Below are positions 32,053-50,156 of a stretch of 64,000 nucleotides of DNA, piece after piece. Both the position numbers and the translations under genes were made by a program. The notes under the pieces were generated by a model. It saw only the letters and a list, made by a program, of their open reading frames with translations, was not told where the DNA came from and ran no database searches. The stretch comes from the human T2T-CHM13v2.0 reference genome, Homo sapiens. The stretch lies in assembly GCF_009914755.1 (NCBI RefSeq), contig NC_060930.1. One strand, given 5' to 3'. The first letter of the stretch is position 1. Each line of letters begins with the position of its first letter.

Positions 32053-33067
32053 ATGGGGAAAAAACAGAGCAGAAAACCTGGAAACTCTAAAAATCAGAGC
32101 GCCTCTCCTCCTCCAAAGGAACGCAGCTCCTCACCAGCAACGGAACAAAGCTGGATGGAGAATGACTTTGACGAGTTGAGAGAGGAAGGCTTCAGAAGAT
32201 CAAACCACTCCAAGCTAAAGGAGGAAGTTTGAACCAATGGCAAAGAAGTTAAAAACTTTGAAAAAAATTAGACGAATGGATAACTAGAATAACCAATGCA
32301 GAGAAGTCCTTAAAGGACCTAATGGAGCTGAAAACCACGGCACAAGAACTACGTGACAAATGCACAAGCCTCAGTAACCGATGCGATCAACTGGAAGAAA
32401 GGGTATCAGCGATGGAAGACGAAATGAATAAAATGAACTGTGAAGAGAAGTTTAGAGAAAAAAGAATAAAAAGAAATGAACAAAGCCTCCAAGAAATATG
32501 GGACTAGTGAAAAGACCAAATCTGCGTCTAATTGGTGTACCTGAAAGTGACAGGGAGAATGGAACCAAGTTGGAAAACACTCTGCAGGATATTATCCAGG
32601 AGAACTTCCCCAATCTAGCAAGGCAGGCCAACATTCAAATTCAGGAAATACAGAGAACACCACAAAGATACTCCTCGAGAAGAGCAACTCCAAGACACAT
32701 AATTGTCAGATTCACCAAAGTTGAAATGAAGGAAAAAATGTTAAGCGCAGCCAGAGAGAAAGGTCGGGTTACCCACAAAGGGAAGCCCATCAGACTAACA
32801 GCTGATCTCTCAGCAGAAACTCTACAAGCCAGAAGAGAGTGGGGGCCAATATTCAACATTCTTAAAGAAAAGAATTTTCAACACAGAATTTCATATCCAG
32901 CCAAACTAAGCTTCATAAGTGAAGGAAAAATAAAATACTTCACAGACAAGCAAATGCTGAGAGATTTTGTCACCACCAGGCCTGCCCTAAAAGAGTTCCT
33001 GAAGGAAGCACTAAACATGGAAAGGAACAACCGGTACCAGCCACTGCAAAAACATGCCAAATTGTAA
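32053..33067 (+). pseudogene. L1 ORF1p, disrupted
   Basis: ATG GGG AAA AAA CAG at 32053; premature TGA ~32230; 1 bp deletion ~32507; C-terminus ...YQPLQKHAKL* intact. Confidence 0.9.
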
Positions 33068-33130
33068 AGACCATTGAGGCTAGGAAGAAACTGCATCAAC
33101 TAACGAGCAAAATAACCAGCTAACATCATA

Positions 33131-36950
<3,820 letters not shown>

Positions 36951-38116
36951 ACAATGAGAACACATGGACACAGGAAGGGGAACATCACACACTGGGGCCT
37001 GTTGTGGGGTGGGGGGAGGGGGGAGGGATAGCATTAGGAGATATACCTAATGCTAAACGACGAATTAATGGGTGCAGCACACCAACATGGCACATGTATA
37101 CATATGTAACAAACTTGCACGTTGTGCACATGTATCCTAAAACTTAAAGTATAATAATAATAATTTTAAAAAAAGAAAATGTGGTATATAGACAATATGG
37201 AATACTACTCAGCCATAAAATGGAACGGAATAATGGCCTTTGCAGCAACTTGGATGGAGCTGGAGGACATTATTCTCAGTGAAGTAACTCAGGAATGAAA
37301 AACCAATCATCATATGTTCTCATTTATAAGTGGGAGCTAAGCTATGAGGATGCAAAGGCATAAGTATGATATAATGGACTTTGGGGACTTGCAGGGAAGA
37401 GTTGGAGGGGGTTAGGGATGAAAGACTACATATTGGGTACAGTGTACACTGCTCGGGTGTACCTGATGCACCAAAATCTCAGAAATCACCACTAAAGAAC
37501 TTATCCACATAACAAAAAACCACGTGTACCCCAAAAACTATTGAAATAAAATAAAAATTCAAACAAAGGGACCTAGATAAGCTACAATGCCTATCCTTAG
37601 AACCGTGCAGGTATTTTGGCGAGAATGAGGCCTGGAGTGGTCTCAGAATTTTGTGGAAGGTTCTGAGAGATGTCCAGGGTGGTGTGTGCCTGTTCTCCTA
37701 GCAGCAGACCTAATGGCTAAATGTGGACTTGTAGCAGCTGACAGCAGCCTTGCGCTTACACATTTAGTACTTGAAAACCTCCCTTTTGACTGCATCATGG
37801 GAATCAAAGAATAAGTCATATAAGAAAAATCTATGAAGTCAGCAGCTGAAAGATTGAGTGGAAACATGTTTGCAAAGCCACTTTGCACAGAAGCTTGCAA
37901 AAAGAAGGGAGTCGGGATGTGTAGGAAATATGACAACTGAATATTTATGAGTGAAAATAAGAGCTAATGTAAATATTTAATGCATAATATTTAAATTATT
38001 GCCCACTTCAAAACTAAAATCATAGTAAAATACCAGACACTTTAGCAGGATTAACGTCTGCTTCATCCTGCTTCACATATAATTTTCACAGTAGTAGTTT
38101 AAGAAATTTTAGCTTA

Positions 38117-38454
<338 letters not shown>

Positions 38455-38858
38455 TCAGTCTTAAAGCTATGAACATTGTGTCCAACATGACACTGATTTG
38501 CCCATTTCCAATAATTTGTATTTACCTGGTCTCTCCTTTTAGAGGAGGAGTCACACCTGCATAACTCATTAGACTATGATTGGATGGCAGCTGTACACGG
38601 TGGCTGAAGCATTAGTGTCTTTCAGTATGGTAGGGTCCCCTTTAGGGTGTTCAGCTTCTGCTGCTCAGCAGCAAATGTGTGACCAATTCAGTATGTGTTG
38701 GGTTCTCGACTTAATAGGGTGCTTAATTACTAACTTACATAAGCAAGTACAAGTACGTTTGTATGTATGCACATATTTAAGTAAGGTTTTCTGATGTTAT
38801 TAGACACCAAAAACATATAAAATATACTTTATTAATAATTGTCAGAAATGTGCTATTA

Positions 38859-39370
<512 letters not shown>

Positions 39371-40519
39371 TCAGCTTGGCAACAGCAGCAATGGAACCCA
39401 TGGGAAAATAGAAAGCTGGTTCCCCCAAATTCCATCCCTGGAGATATACTCTCTGTGGTGTAAATTGTGGCTGAGTTCTTTGAGTATATTTTGTCGATTG
39501 TGGAATACTGGTATAGGTTCGTTATCTTTCTATTGCTTGTCTAGTGTAGTTCATTCATACTTCTATCCCGGTGCCTCACCCACTGTCTAGCACAGGGTAA
39601 GTACTCACTAATTGTATTCAATGTTCAACTCCACAATTGCTGGCTTGCCCATTTCTCACTGAAGTGGGATACAGCCTGGATCCCAACTGCAATTTGGTTT
39701 CATTTGTTCAGAGAAAAATAAACTTCCTTGAGACTTTTTCAGCCTAACAGTGGTAAACAATCACTCAAGTTGGCAGAAGAGGAGGCCTACTTAATCACTG
39801 TACAAAGGTGGTTTTCAGTCCAGTTGCTGGGTATACAGTCCTGCCAGATTTAGTGACAAGCAGGCCTGAGCTGACCAAGTCACTGGCTACATCTCCAGCG
39901 GTTCAGTAGGTGGCACTGCTGTTCTCTCTGTGCAGAAGCTGGCAGCCGCACGGAGGCTGTATGTTTGGGCAAGCAGGAATGCAAATCATCAGCTCAAAGC
40001 AGCCTTTCTGGGCAAGCAGCAACACAAACCCATTATCAGTGCGGTGGCAGCTGCTGCTGTTTGTCCCTGCTTGCAGGCAGTTTCAGAGTGAGGGCCTTTG
40101 GAATGTGACCATGAGACTGGAGACGTCAGGAAGCGAAGCCACTGGGCTAAAATAAGCAGGTTAGGAGTCAGTTATCTGGTTCCCCACAGATGTGTCTGGG
40201 AGCAGCTGGGAGGCTGAGACGGCAGGCAGGCCTTTCCTTCTTATAACTCTGGGCTGGAAAATCTCATCAATATGGAAAACTCTCTAAAGACCCATCTTGA
40301 AACCAAGTCAGCAAAAATCTAGAGTATCTTGAACTGGTGGCAGAATTATATTTGTTATACCTATGAGCTGGCTTTTCCTGGTCAGTCTTGATTTCTAATG
40401 TTCTGTTTTCTTGCTGATATAAGAGTATTAGGCTTTGTCCAACTGCATTTTCACTTGCGGTTTAGAAAATATGGTCACCGTAATTACCCTTCATTTCCTG
40501 ACAGCTGAATCTCAACTGA

Positions 40520-40872
40520 TATTATGGACTGACTGTGTCCCCCTCAAATTCATATGTTGAAATCCTTACTCTCAAACTGATGGTATTAGGAAGTGGGGCC
40601 TTTGGGTGATAATTAGATCATGGGGGTGGACCCCTCATGAATGGGATTAGTGCCCTTATAGAAGAGACCTCAGAGAGATCTTTTGCCCCTTCTGCCATGT
40701 GAAGTCACCATGAGAAGATGGCTGTCTATGAAGAAGCAGATCTCCCACACACTGAATCTGCTGGTACCTTGATACTGGACTTCTCAGCCTCTAGTACTGC
40801 AAGAAATAAATTTCTGTTGTTTGTAAGCCACCCCGTCTATGGTATTTTGTTATAGAAGCCTGAACAGACTAT
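40520..40872 (+). mobile_element. MLT1A0-like MaLR solo LTR
   Basis: tatggactgactgtgtccccctcaaattcatatgttgaa...gaaataaatttctgttg...gcctgaacagacta. Confidence 0.85.
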
Positions 40873-43053
40873 TTAATTTCTATTTAATTCAAACTTCTCA
40901 CACAAAGTGATGGGAAACCACAAGTCACTGGGATTTGTTTTTTGCTAGTACTTTAGTTTATGGGGTGAATATCTGCCATTTTAGTGAATCCTTGTATACC
41001 ATCCAAAGGGAGGCAGGAGTGAGGTAGCCATGAGTCTCTCAAATTTAAGTGGATACAAAGTAGCTCCTCGGAGAGCTGGATCCATATGTGTGTCATCATA
41101 TCTGCGTCTGACAAATGCCTGGCATATGTGCTGCCCCTTCCCCTCCTTCTAGGGTTGGCGTTATTAACTTATTGTGGCACACTTTCCTTCCAGACCAGTT
41201 TTGGTCTCAGACAGATTCTTTGGCACATAGGATAAAACTTACTTGCCCAGTTTCAACCGTGGTTGACCTTTAATATTTGCATTATATCAGATAATGATAA
41301 AGGTCAAAATCTTAGCTAAAATAACAAACCTGGTCCTCCATAGCTGGCTCTTAAATAAAACAGAAACTCAGAGGAGCCGAAATCATAGAGCCCAAATACT
41401 AGAGCTCAAAGGAAATACGATGCATCTTCAGAATCTCAAGATAATGAAATTGATGCTCAAGAGACAAGCTGGATGGGAATTCTGCTTCTTGTAAGGGTAG
41501 AATCAGTTGTTGCAGGGTAACCCTGCATCCAAGAACTAGGAGAACTTGATAAAACAGGTAGAATGTCTGTTGGAAGGCACTGGAGAGCTAGCTAGGCAAC
41601 AAAAACTTGAAATGGTCAAGAAAAGCAAAAAGAGAAATGAAGTAACATTGGGACTGGTTTTCCCCTTGAACGCTCTTGCAAATATGCAACCTGTGACTGA
41701 GAGGATGAGACGCTAAGCAAAGCATCCCACAGTTTCATGGGGCATCAGAAACAAAAATTGGATTTTAGAGCTAGTTAATGGTTTAGGGCCCTGGCAAACA
41801 CTCCATGCTTTTAGTTGGGACCCTCAAACAATTACACTGCAGAAAATAAAGTTCCCTAAAAAGTTGAAGCCCAACTTCAAATCACCTCAGTTTATGATTG
41901 GGTAAGATAATTGGTTCCATCTTAACTGCCTGCTGGAAGCTAAAATAAGTACTCTCTTCAGGAAGATAACACTTTCCAGAGATTTAAATCATCTCCATTT
42001 TTCTTTCTTTCTTTTTTTTTCTCCAGAAACTGCCCTGCATTCGAACAAAAAATATCTGGTATATCTCTAGGCAAAATTGCTGAAAACCAAGGTAAAAAAC
42101 ACTTAAGATATCCAGATATTGCAATGATCGGACGTGGAGTTTAAGATAATGATGATTTGTACATTCAATAAATTAAATGATGAGATAGAGCATTGTACAA
42201 GAAAACTGGAAACTATAAAAAAATAAGATACAATGTCTAAAACTGGAAAATATTATAGCTGAAATTAAGAACTCAATGGATTGGTATAACAGTGGCTTAG
42301 ATATAATTGAAGAGAGAATGATCATAAACTGGATGATGAATCAGAAGATAGGAGTAAAGGATTAGATGGCGTTAAAATGTTCTAAGGCTTTGCTTTGGCC
42401 AGGAAGTGGCAAAATAATATTTTTCATTAGACTTTAATAAGTCAGAGATGAATGTTGAAATGCCTATGGTATCCACTAAAAGCTTAAGGAAAGATTGAAT
42501 AACTAAAAATAGCTAACAGAGAGGGGAATATAATAAAAATATATAATCCAAAGTCCAAAAAAATTTAAAAAGAAAGGAATAAAAATAAACATAAAACAGA
42601 TGGCACAAGTATAAAATAAATAGCAAGGTGGTGAGTTTAATTTTATACATATGAATCAAAATCTCTAATTAGAAGACAAAAATTGTCAGACTAGATAAAG
42701 CAAACAACATAAAACAAGACTCTATATTGTACAGAAGTACATATTGCAAATTCAAATAATTTGGGAAAATTGAAAATAAAAGTGTGGAGAAAGATACAGC
42801 ATGAAAATATTAACCACAAGAAAGCTCATGTTTATATCAGCTTATATCATGTTTATATCATGTTTATATAAGCTCATACTTATATCACACAAAGTGGATT
42901 TTAAGGCAATAAGCAATACTACAGATAAAAATAGATATTTCATAATAAAGTGGCCAATCCAACATAAAGATATCGCTAGTATAAATTTTTATACACCTAA
43001 TAATAAGACAATACCTGATAGAACAAAATGGAGACATATAAAAATCTACAATG

Positions 43054-43364
43054 GGCTGGGTGCAGTGGCTCACTTCTGTAATCCTAGCACTTTGGGAAGC
43101 CGAGGCAGGTGAATCACCTGAAGTCAGGAGTTTGAGACCAGCCTGGCCAACATGGCAAAACCTTGTCTCTACTAAAAATACAAAATTAGCCGGGCCTGGT
43201 GGCACACACCTGTAATCTCAGCTACTCCAGAGGCTGAGGCAGGAGAATCGCTTAGAACCCGGGAGGTGGAGATCGCAGTGAGCCGAGATTGCGCCACTGC
43301 ACTCCAGCCTGGGTGACAAAGCAAGACTCTATCTCAAAACACAACAACAATAACAACAAAAACA
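43054..43364 (+). mobile_element. AluSx-like
   Basis: Full Alu with (CAA)n tail; TSD aaaatctacaatg / aaaactacactg. Confidence 0.9.
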
Positions 43365-44002
43365 AAAACTACACTGATAGTAAGAGCTTTAACTGATAGG
43401 ACCAAATTTATTGGTCAATGGACCAAAAACTGGTCAATATTTTGGTCAATGGACCAAAAATAAATAAACAAATGAATAATCAACAGGGTTAAAGAAGATT
43501 TGAACAACGGGATTAATAAAATGACCTAACTGATACATATAGAACACTGCCTGCACTCAACAACTGCAGGCGGAACATTTACCAAGATTGACTGTATGCA
43601 AAACTATGTAGTTTCAACATGTTTCGAATGATTTAAATCATATAGTATAGTCCATGACTGTAACACAATTAAACTATTAATTAAAAGATAAAAGTAGAAA
43701 ATGTCTAATGTTTAGAAATGAATCAATACACTTTTAAGCATATGTGAAAGACGAAATCACAGAGAAAATTTAAAAATATTTTGAATGGAGTGATAAGAAA
43801 CATAGTAGATCAAAACTTGTGGGATGCAGTTAAAGCCATTCTTAGGTAGTCTTAAATGCATTTATTGGGATGGGGAAGGAAGAAAATTAATGATCTAAGA
43901 CTCTAGCTCAAGAAATGAGAAAAAGAACAACAAATTAAGTATGAAGAAATTAACACAATGAATGAAATAGAAAACAAATGTACAATAGAGAAAATAAAAT
44001 AG

Positions 44003-45017
<1,015 letters not shown>

Positions 45018-46545
45018 AATATTTGGTCTGTGAACATTGTAATTGATAGCTTTCTGATAAGACATAGGGAGAAGACAATTACTATCAGGAGTGGAAAATA
45101 CTGCAGATATTACAAGATTTTTTAAATTAAGAGAATAAACAATTTGTGCCAATAAATATGAAAATTTAGATGCAATAGATTAATATCTTGAAAAATATAG
45201 CATACCACAACTGACAGGGAAAATGGAAAATATATTAAAGAAAATTAAATCCACAATTTAAATGCTTTCCACAAAAAACTCCAGATCTAGATAACTTAAC
45301 CAAAGAATTCTTCTAAATATTTAAGAAAAAAAAGAACACTAATCATACACAAACTTTTCCCCCAAGATAGAAAAGTAAGGCATACTTCCCAACTTATAAT
45401 GACAAGAACGTTGTAAAAAAAGAAAATTACAAAGAATCTCTCCCATGAACATAGATGCAAGAATCCTAAACAAAATACTAGCAAACCAAATCCAGTAATG
45501 TAAAAAGAATATTACTTCTTTACCAACCTGAATTTGTTCTAAAAATGTAAAGTTGGCTTGACATTTGAAAATCAATCACTGTAACCCACCTTGTTAACAG
45601 AAGAGAAAAATCATGATTATCTAAATAGACACAGAAAATGCATTTGACAAAATTCACACCTATTTATGACAAACACTCATAGCAAACTAGGAATAAAAGT
45701 GAATGTCCTTAATCTGATAGAAAATGTCTACAGATGCCATAGAGTAAACATTCTATTTAATAGCAAAATATGTAAGCTTTCCCTTGAGATCAGGAATAAG
45801 CTAAGAAGCCCACTATCAACATAAACATTCAAATTCTACAAGAAGTTCTTCCAAGTACAATAATGCAAGAAAAATTAATAAAAGAGATAATGAGTGGAAA
45901 GGGAGAAAAAAATGCCATTATTTCTAGATGACATGATTGTGTGTTTAGAATATCCAAAAACATCTGCAAATAGCCTATTGTAATTAACTAGTGGATCTGA
46001 TGAAGTTGCTAGCTACAAAGCCAATACATAAAAAAATTATATTTTTGTATATCGGCAGCAAACAATAATAGGAAGTGAAATTTAAATAACTATGTCATTT
46101 TCAATTGTATCATAAAACATCAAACATCTAGAATTAAACCTAATGAAAAATAAACAAAGACACCAAGAAAATATACAATGTTACTGAAAATAGTCAAAGA
46201 AGAACTAAATAAATTGAGATATTTACCACATTCCTGGATTGGAAAACTCAATATTGTGAAAACCTCAATTCTCTTCAAATTGATTTATACATTAAATTCA
46301 ATCCCCATGAAAACCCCAGTGTGTGTGTGTTTGTGTGTGTAGATTGACAAGCTGATTCTAAATTATATATGAAAGTAAAAGGGCTAAGAAGTTAAGAATA
46401 CTTTGAAGAACACCAAAGCAGGAAGACTTACATTATCAGCTATAAAGATTTATTATGAAGCTACAGTAATTAAAATTATGTGGTATTGGTGCAAGGATAA
46501 ACAAATCAACTGAACAGAATAGAGTTTAGAAAAAAGACACACATA

Positions 46546-46831
46546 GGTCAGGTGCGGTGACTCACACCTGTAATCCCAGCACTTTGGGAGGCTGAGGCAT
46601 GTGGATCGCTGGAGCACAATAGTTCAAGACCGACCTGGAGAACATGGAGAAACCCTGTCTCTACTAAGAATACCAAAATTAGCCAGGCTGGTGATGCGCG
46701 CCTGTAGTCCCAGCTACTCGGGAGGCTGAGGTGGTAGGATCACTTGAGCCCAGGATGCAGAGGTTGCAGTGAGCTGAGATTGCTCCACGCCACTGCACTC
46801 CAGACTGGGCCACAGAGTGAGACTCTGTCTC

Positions 46832-46862
<31 letters not shown>

Positions 46863-46874
46863 ATAGAGAGAGAG
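46546..46874 (+). mobile_element. AluJ-like
   Basis: ggatcacttgagcccagg diagnostic; TSD aaagacacacata. Confidence 0.88.
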
Positions 46875-47276
46875 AAAGACACACATACACCTGAACATTC
46901 AATTTATGACTAAAGTAGCACAAAGATGACAAAAACAAAATACAAATGTATTTGTCAAAAAAGGTAAAAGATTGATAAATTGAACACTATTAAAATTGAT
47001 AAATTCTTTTAATCAAAGTATATTAAGAGAATAAAAAGGTAAACCACAGAATAGCAGAACTGATTTGTAATTGTTAAGTAATAAAGTACTGCTTTCCAGA
47101 AATATAAAGCATTACTACACATGAACAAGAAAAAACAGATAAACCATAGGAAATGAGGGAAAAAAACATCATGAATATGCATGTCACGAAAGAGGCTATA
47201 CGCCTGACCAATAACTATAGAAAAAGGTGCTCAACCTCATTAGTCATCAGGAAAGGCCAATTAAAACTACAATGAG

Positions 47277-47576
47277 GGTCAGGTGCGTGGCTCATGCCTG
47301 TAATCCCAGCACTTTGGGAGGCTGAGGCAGGCAGATCACTTAAGTCAGGAGTTCAAGACCAGCCTGAGCAACATGGCAAAACCCCGTCTCTACAAAAGAT
47401 ACAAAAATTAGCTAGGCATGGTGGTGCACGCCCATAGTCCCAGCTACGCGGGAGGCTTAGGCATGAGCATTCCTGGAGCCCAGGAGGTGGAGGTTGCCAT
47501 GAGCTGAGATTGCACCACTGAACTCCAGCTGGGGAGACAGAGCAAGACTCTGTTTCAAAACAAAACAAAATAAAAC
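47277..47576 (+). mobile_element. Alu (J/Sz-like), first of a tandem pair
   Basis: Full Alu; flanked by aaactacaatgag / aaactacagtgag. Confidence 0.88.
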
Positions 47577-47591
47577 AAACTACAGTGAGAT

Positions 47592-47895
47592 CCCAGGTGT
47601 GGTGGCTCATGCCTGTAATCCCAGTACTTTGGGAGGCCGAGGTGGGAGGATCATGAGGTCAGGAGTTTTGCCAGCCTGACCAACATGGCAAAACCCTGTC
47701 TCTACTAAAAATACAAAAATTAGCCAGGTGTGGTGGTGTGTGCCTGTAATCCCAGTTACTCAGGAGGCTGAGGCATGAGAATCGCTAGAACCCGAGAGGT
47801 GGAGGTTGAAGTGAGCCAAAATCACACCACTGCACTCCAGCCTGGAGAAAGAGTGAGACTCTGTCTCAAAAACAAAACAAAACAAACAAAAAAAA
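47592..47895 (+). mobile_element. AluS (Sg-like), second of a tandem pair
   Basis: Full Alu; flanked by aaactacagtgagat / aaacgacagtgagat. Confidence 0.88.
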
Positions 47896-48763
47896 AAACG
47901 ACAGTGAGATATTACTATACGCTTCCAAATGGCTAAAATGAAAACAACTGATACATGATGTGTGGGGAGGACATAGATCAATGGGAACACTCATACACTG
48001 GTAGTTGAAATTATTGTTACAATCTATTTGGAAAACTGATTAGTAGTATCTCCTATATCTGAAATAGACACATGTCATATAACCCACCAATTTATCTCCT
48101 ACATATACACATAGGAAATATCACAGCAACATTATCTGTAGTGGACACTAATTGGAAACAATTCCAATGTCAGTCAACATCGGAATAGATAAGTTGTGGT
48201 ATATTCATACTATAGATCACTATATGACAATGAAAATCAATGAACTACTCCTACAAGCCAAAACGTGGATGAATTGCACATAGATAGTTTTGAGCAAAAG
48301 AAGCCAGACATAAAAGGATAACTTCACAAAGTAAAAACAAAAACAAAAAACAGCCCCCTTACACACACAAATGCACACACGCACAGGCACTCATATACAC
48401 ACACAGGCAAAACAAATGTGCTTTTCTCTAAGAAGGAGAGAGGGGTAACCTGTAGGATGCTTGACTATGCTCTATTTCTTGACCCAGGTGGTGGGTTACA
48501 TGTGAGAATTCACTTTGTAATAAATCATCATTTTTGCAATAAAGAGTTTTTAAAGATATGTTGAGAAATTAAAATGAGAAATGAGATTTTGGAACTATTT
48601 CCATAGAAGTTAATTATTAGAATTTAGACCTCTTTTCTTTTGGTGTGCCACCATGGTGTAGCCATTCATGCTTCTTCTCATCTCTGCTACTCATTGCTGT
48701 TTGGATGCAGATGACAGCAACCCATCCAGCAACGCAACCATACCCTCTTAAAAAGGGAAACTA

Positions 48764-49072
<309 letters not shown>

Positions 49073-49851
49073 AAAAGGGAAGTTAATGGATCTAAAAAGA
49101 CCAACATGTTCCAGGGGCTGAAATATGGTTACCAGGATTAAGTTTCTCTTCTTGCAACTCCACTCACCTCCTCTTGGCTTGATTCTACCTGCAGGTGATT
49201 CCTCTTGGTAGGCAGAATTACAGCAGAAAAAAACCCAATAGCTAGGTTAGACTGGACCCCACTTGGTACACGTGGGCGAGCACACTGGATCGGAGTGGCT
49301 TCAGTTCACACAAACCCCCAGATAACGTATGAATAAAATTAGTGTGAAAGTGCAACTTCATGACAAGCCAAATAGTCTCCTGCCCCACTTTCAACCCAGT
49401 TGCAGTCCATAAGCCCTCTTCTATGGCAGTTCTGGAGCTGCCACTGTCTTTGAACTAAATACTCTATCAAGTGTTACACTGTTTTAGGCCCGTCTCCTGA
49501 GGCCAGGACTGGGTGAGTGGGTAGGGCTCTGTGCTTGATGGCCCCATCCAGACTGCATGTATCCAGGACAAAGTATTTTTTCCAAGGAAGGGACATGGGC
49601 AGGGAAAAGCGATATGTCTGCTCTTTGCTAAATAATTTTTATTTTTGCACATTAGGGAAAGATAATCAATACTTCCAAATTGCCCTTTGAAAGAACTCCT
49701 ACAAATGTACGAGAAAAGGACAGATGACCCAATACCATATTGACAGTTTCTGAGTATACCCATTTGCCCTCATCCTTTCTAATACTGGGTATTATCAGTA
49801 TGAAAGTTCTGTCAGGCTAATGAGCAAAAGTGATTGTGTGTCATTTTAAAA

Positions 49852-50156
49852 TTTTATTTATTTATTTATTTTTGAGATGGAGTTTCTCTCTTGTTGCCCA
49901 GGCTGGAGACCAATGGCGTGGTCTTGGTTTACTGCAAACTCCACCTCCCGGGTTCAAGTGATCCTCCTGCTTCAGCCTCTCAAGTAACTAGAATTACACG
50001 TGCCTGCCACCACGCCTGGCTAATTTTTGTATTTTTAGTAGAGATGGGGCTTTACCATGTTGGCCAGGCTGGTCTCGAACTCCTGACCTTAGGTGATCTG
50101 CCCGCCTTGGCCTCCCAAAGTGCTGGGATTACATGTGTGAGCCACCATGCCTGGCC
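49852..50156 (-). mobile_element. AluSq-like within old L1 debris
   Basis: Reverse Alu with (TTTA)n tail and ctcttgttgccc diagnostic. Confidence 0.9.

Noticed and set aside
42503-42512. Perfect MEF2 motif CTAAAAATAG
   Set aside because: Isolated in A-rich L1 sequence where chance matches are expected; no supporting motifs.
42825-42885. catgtttatat 11-mer repeated three times; also a 16-mer duplication at 24921-24952
   Set aside because: Simple slippage duplications inside old L1s; no spacers, not CRISPR-like.
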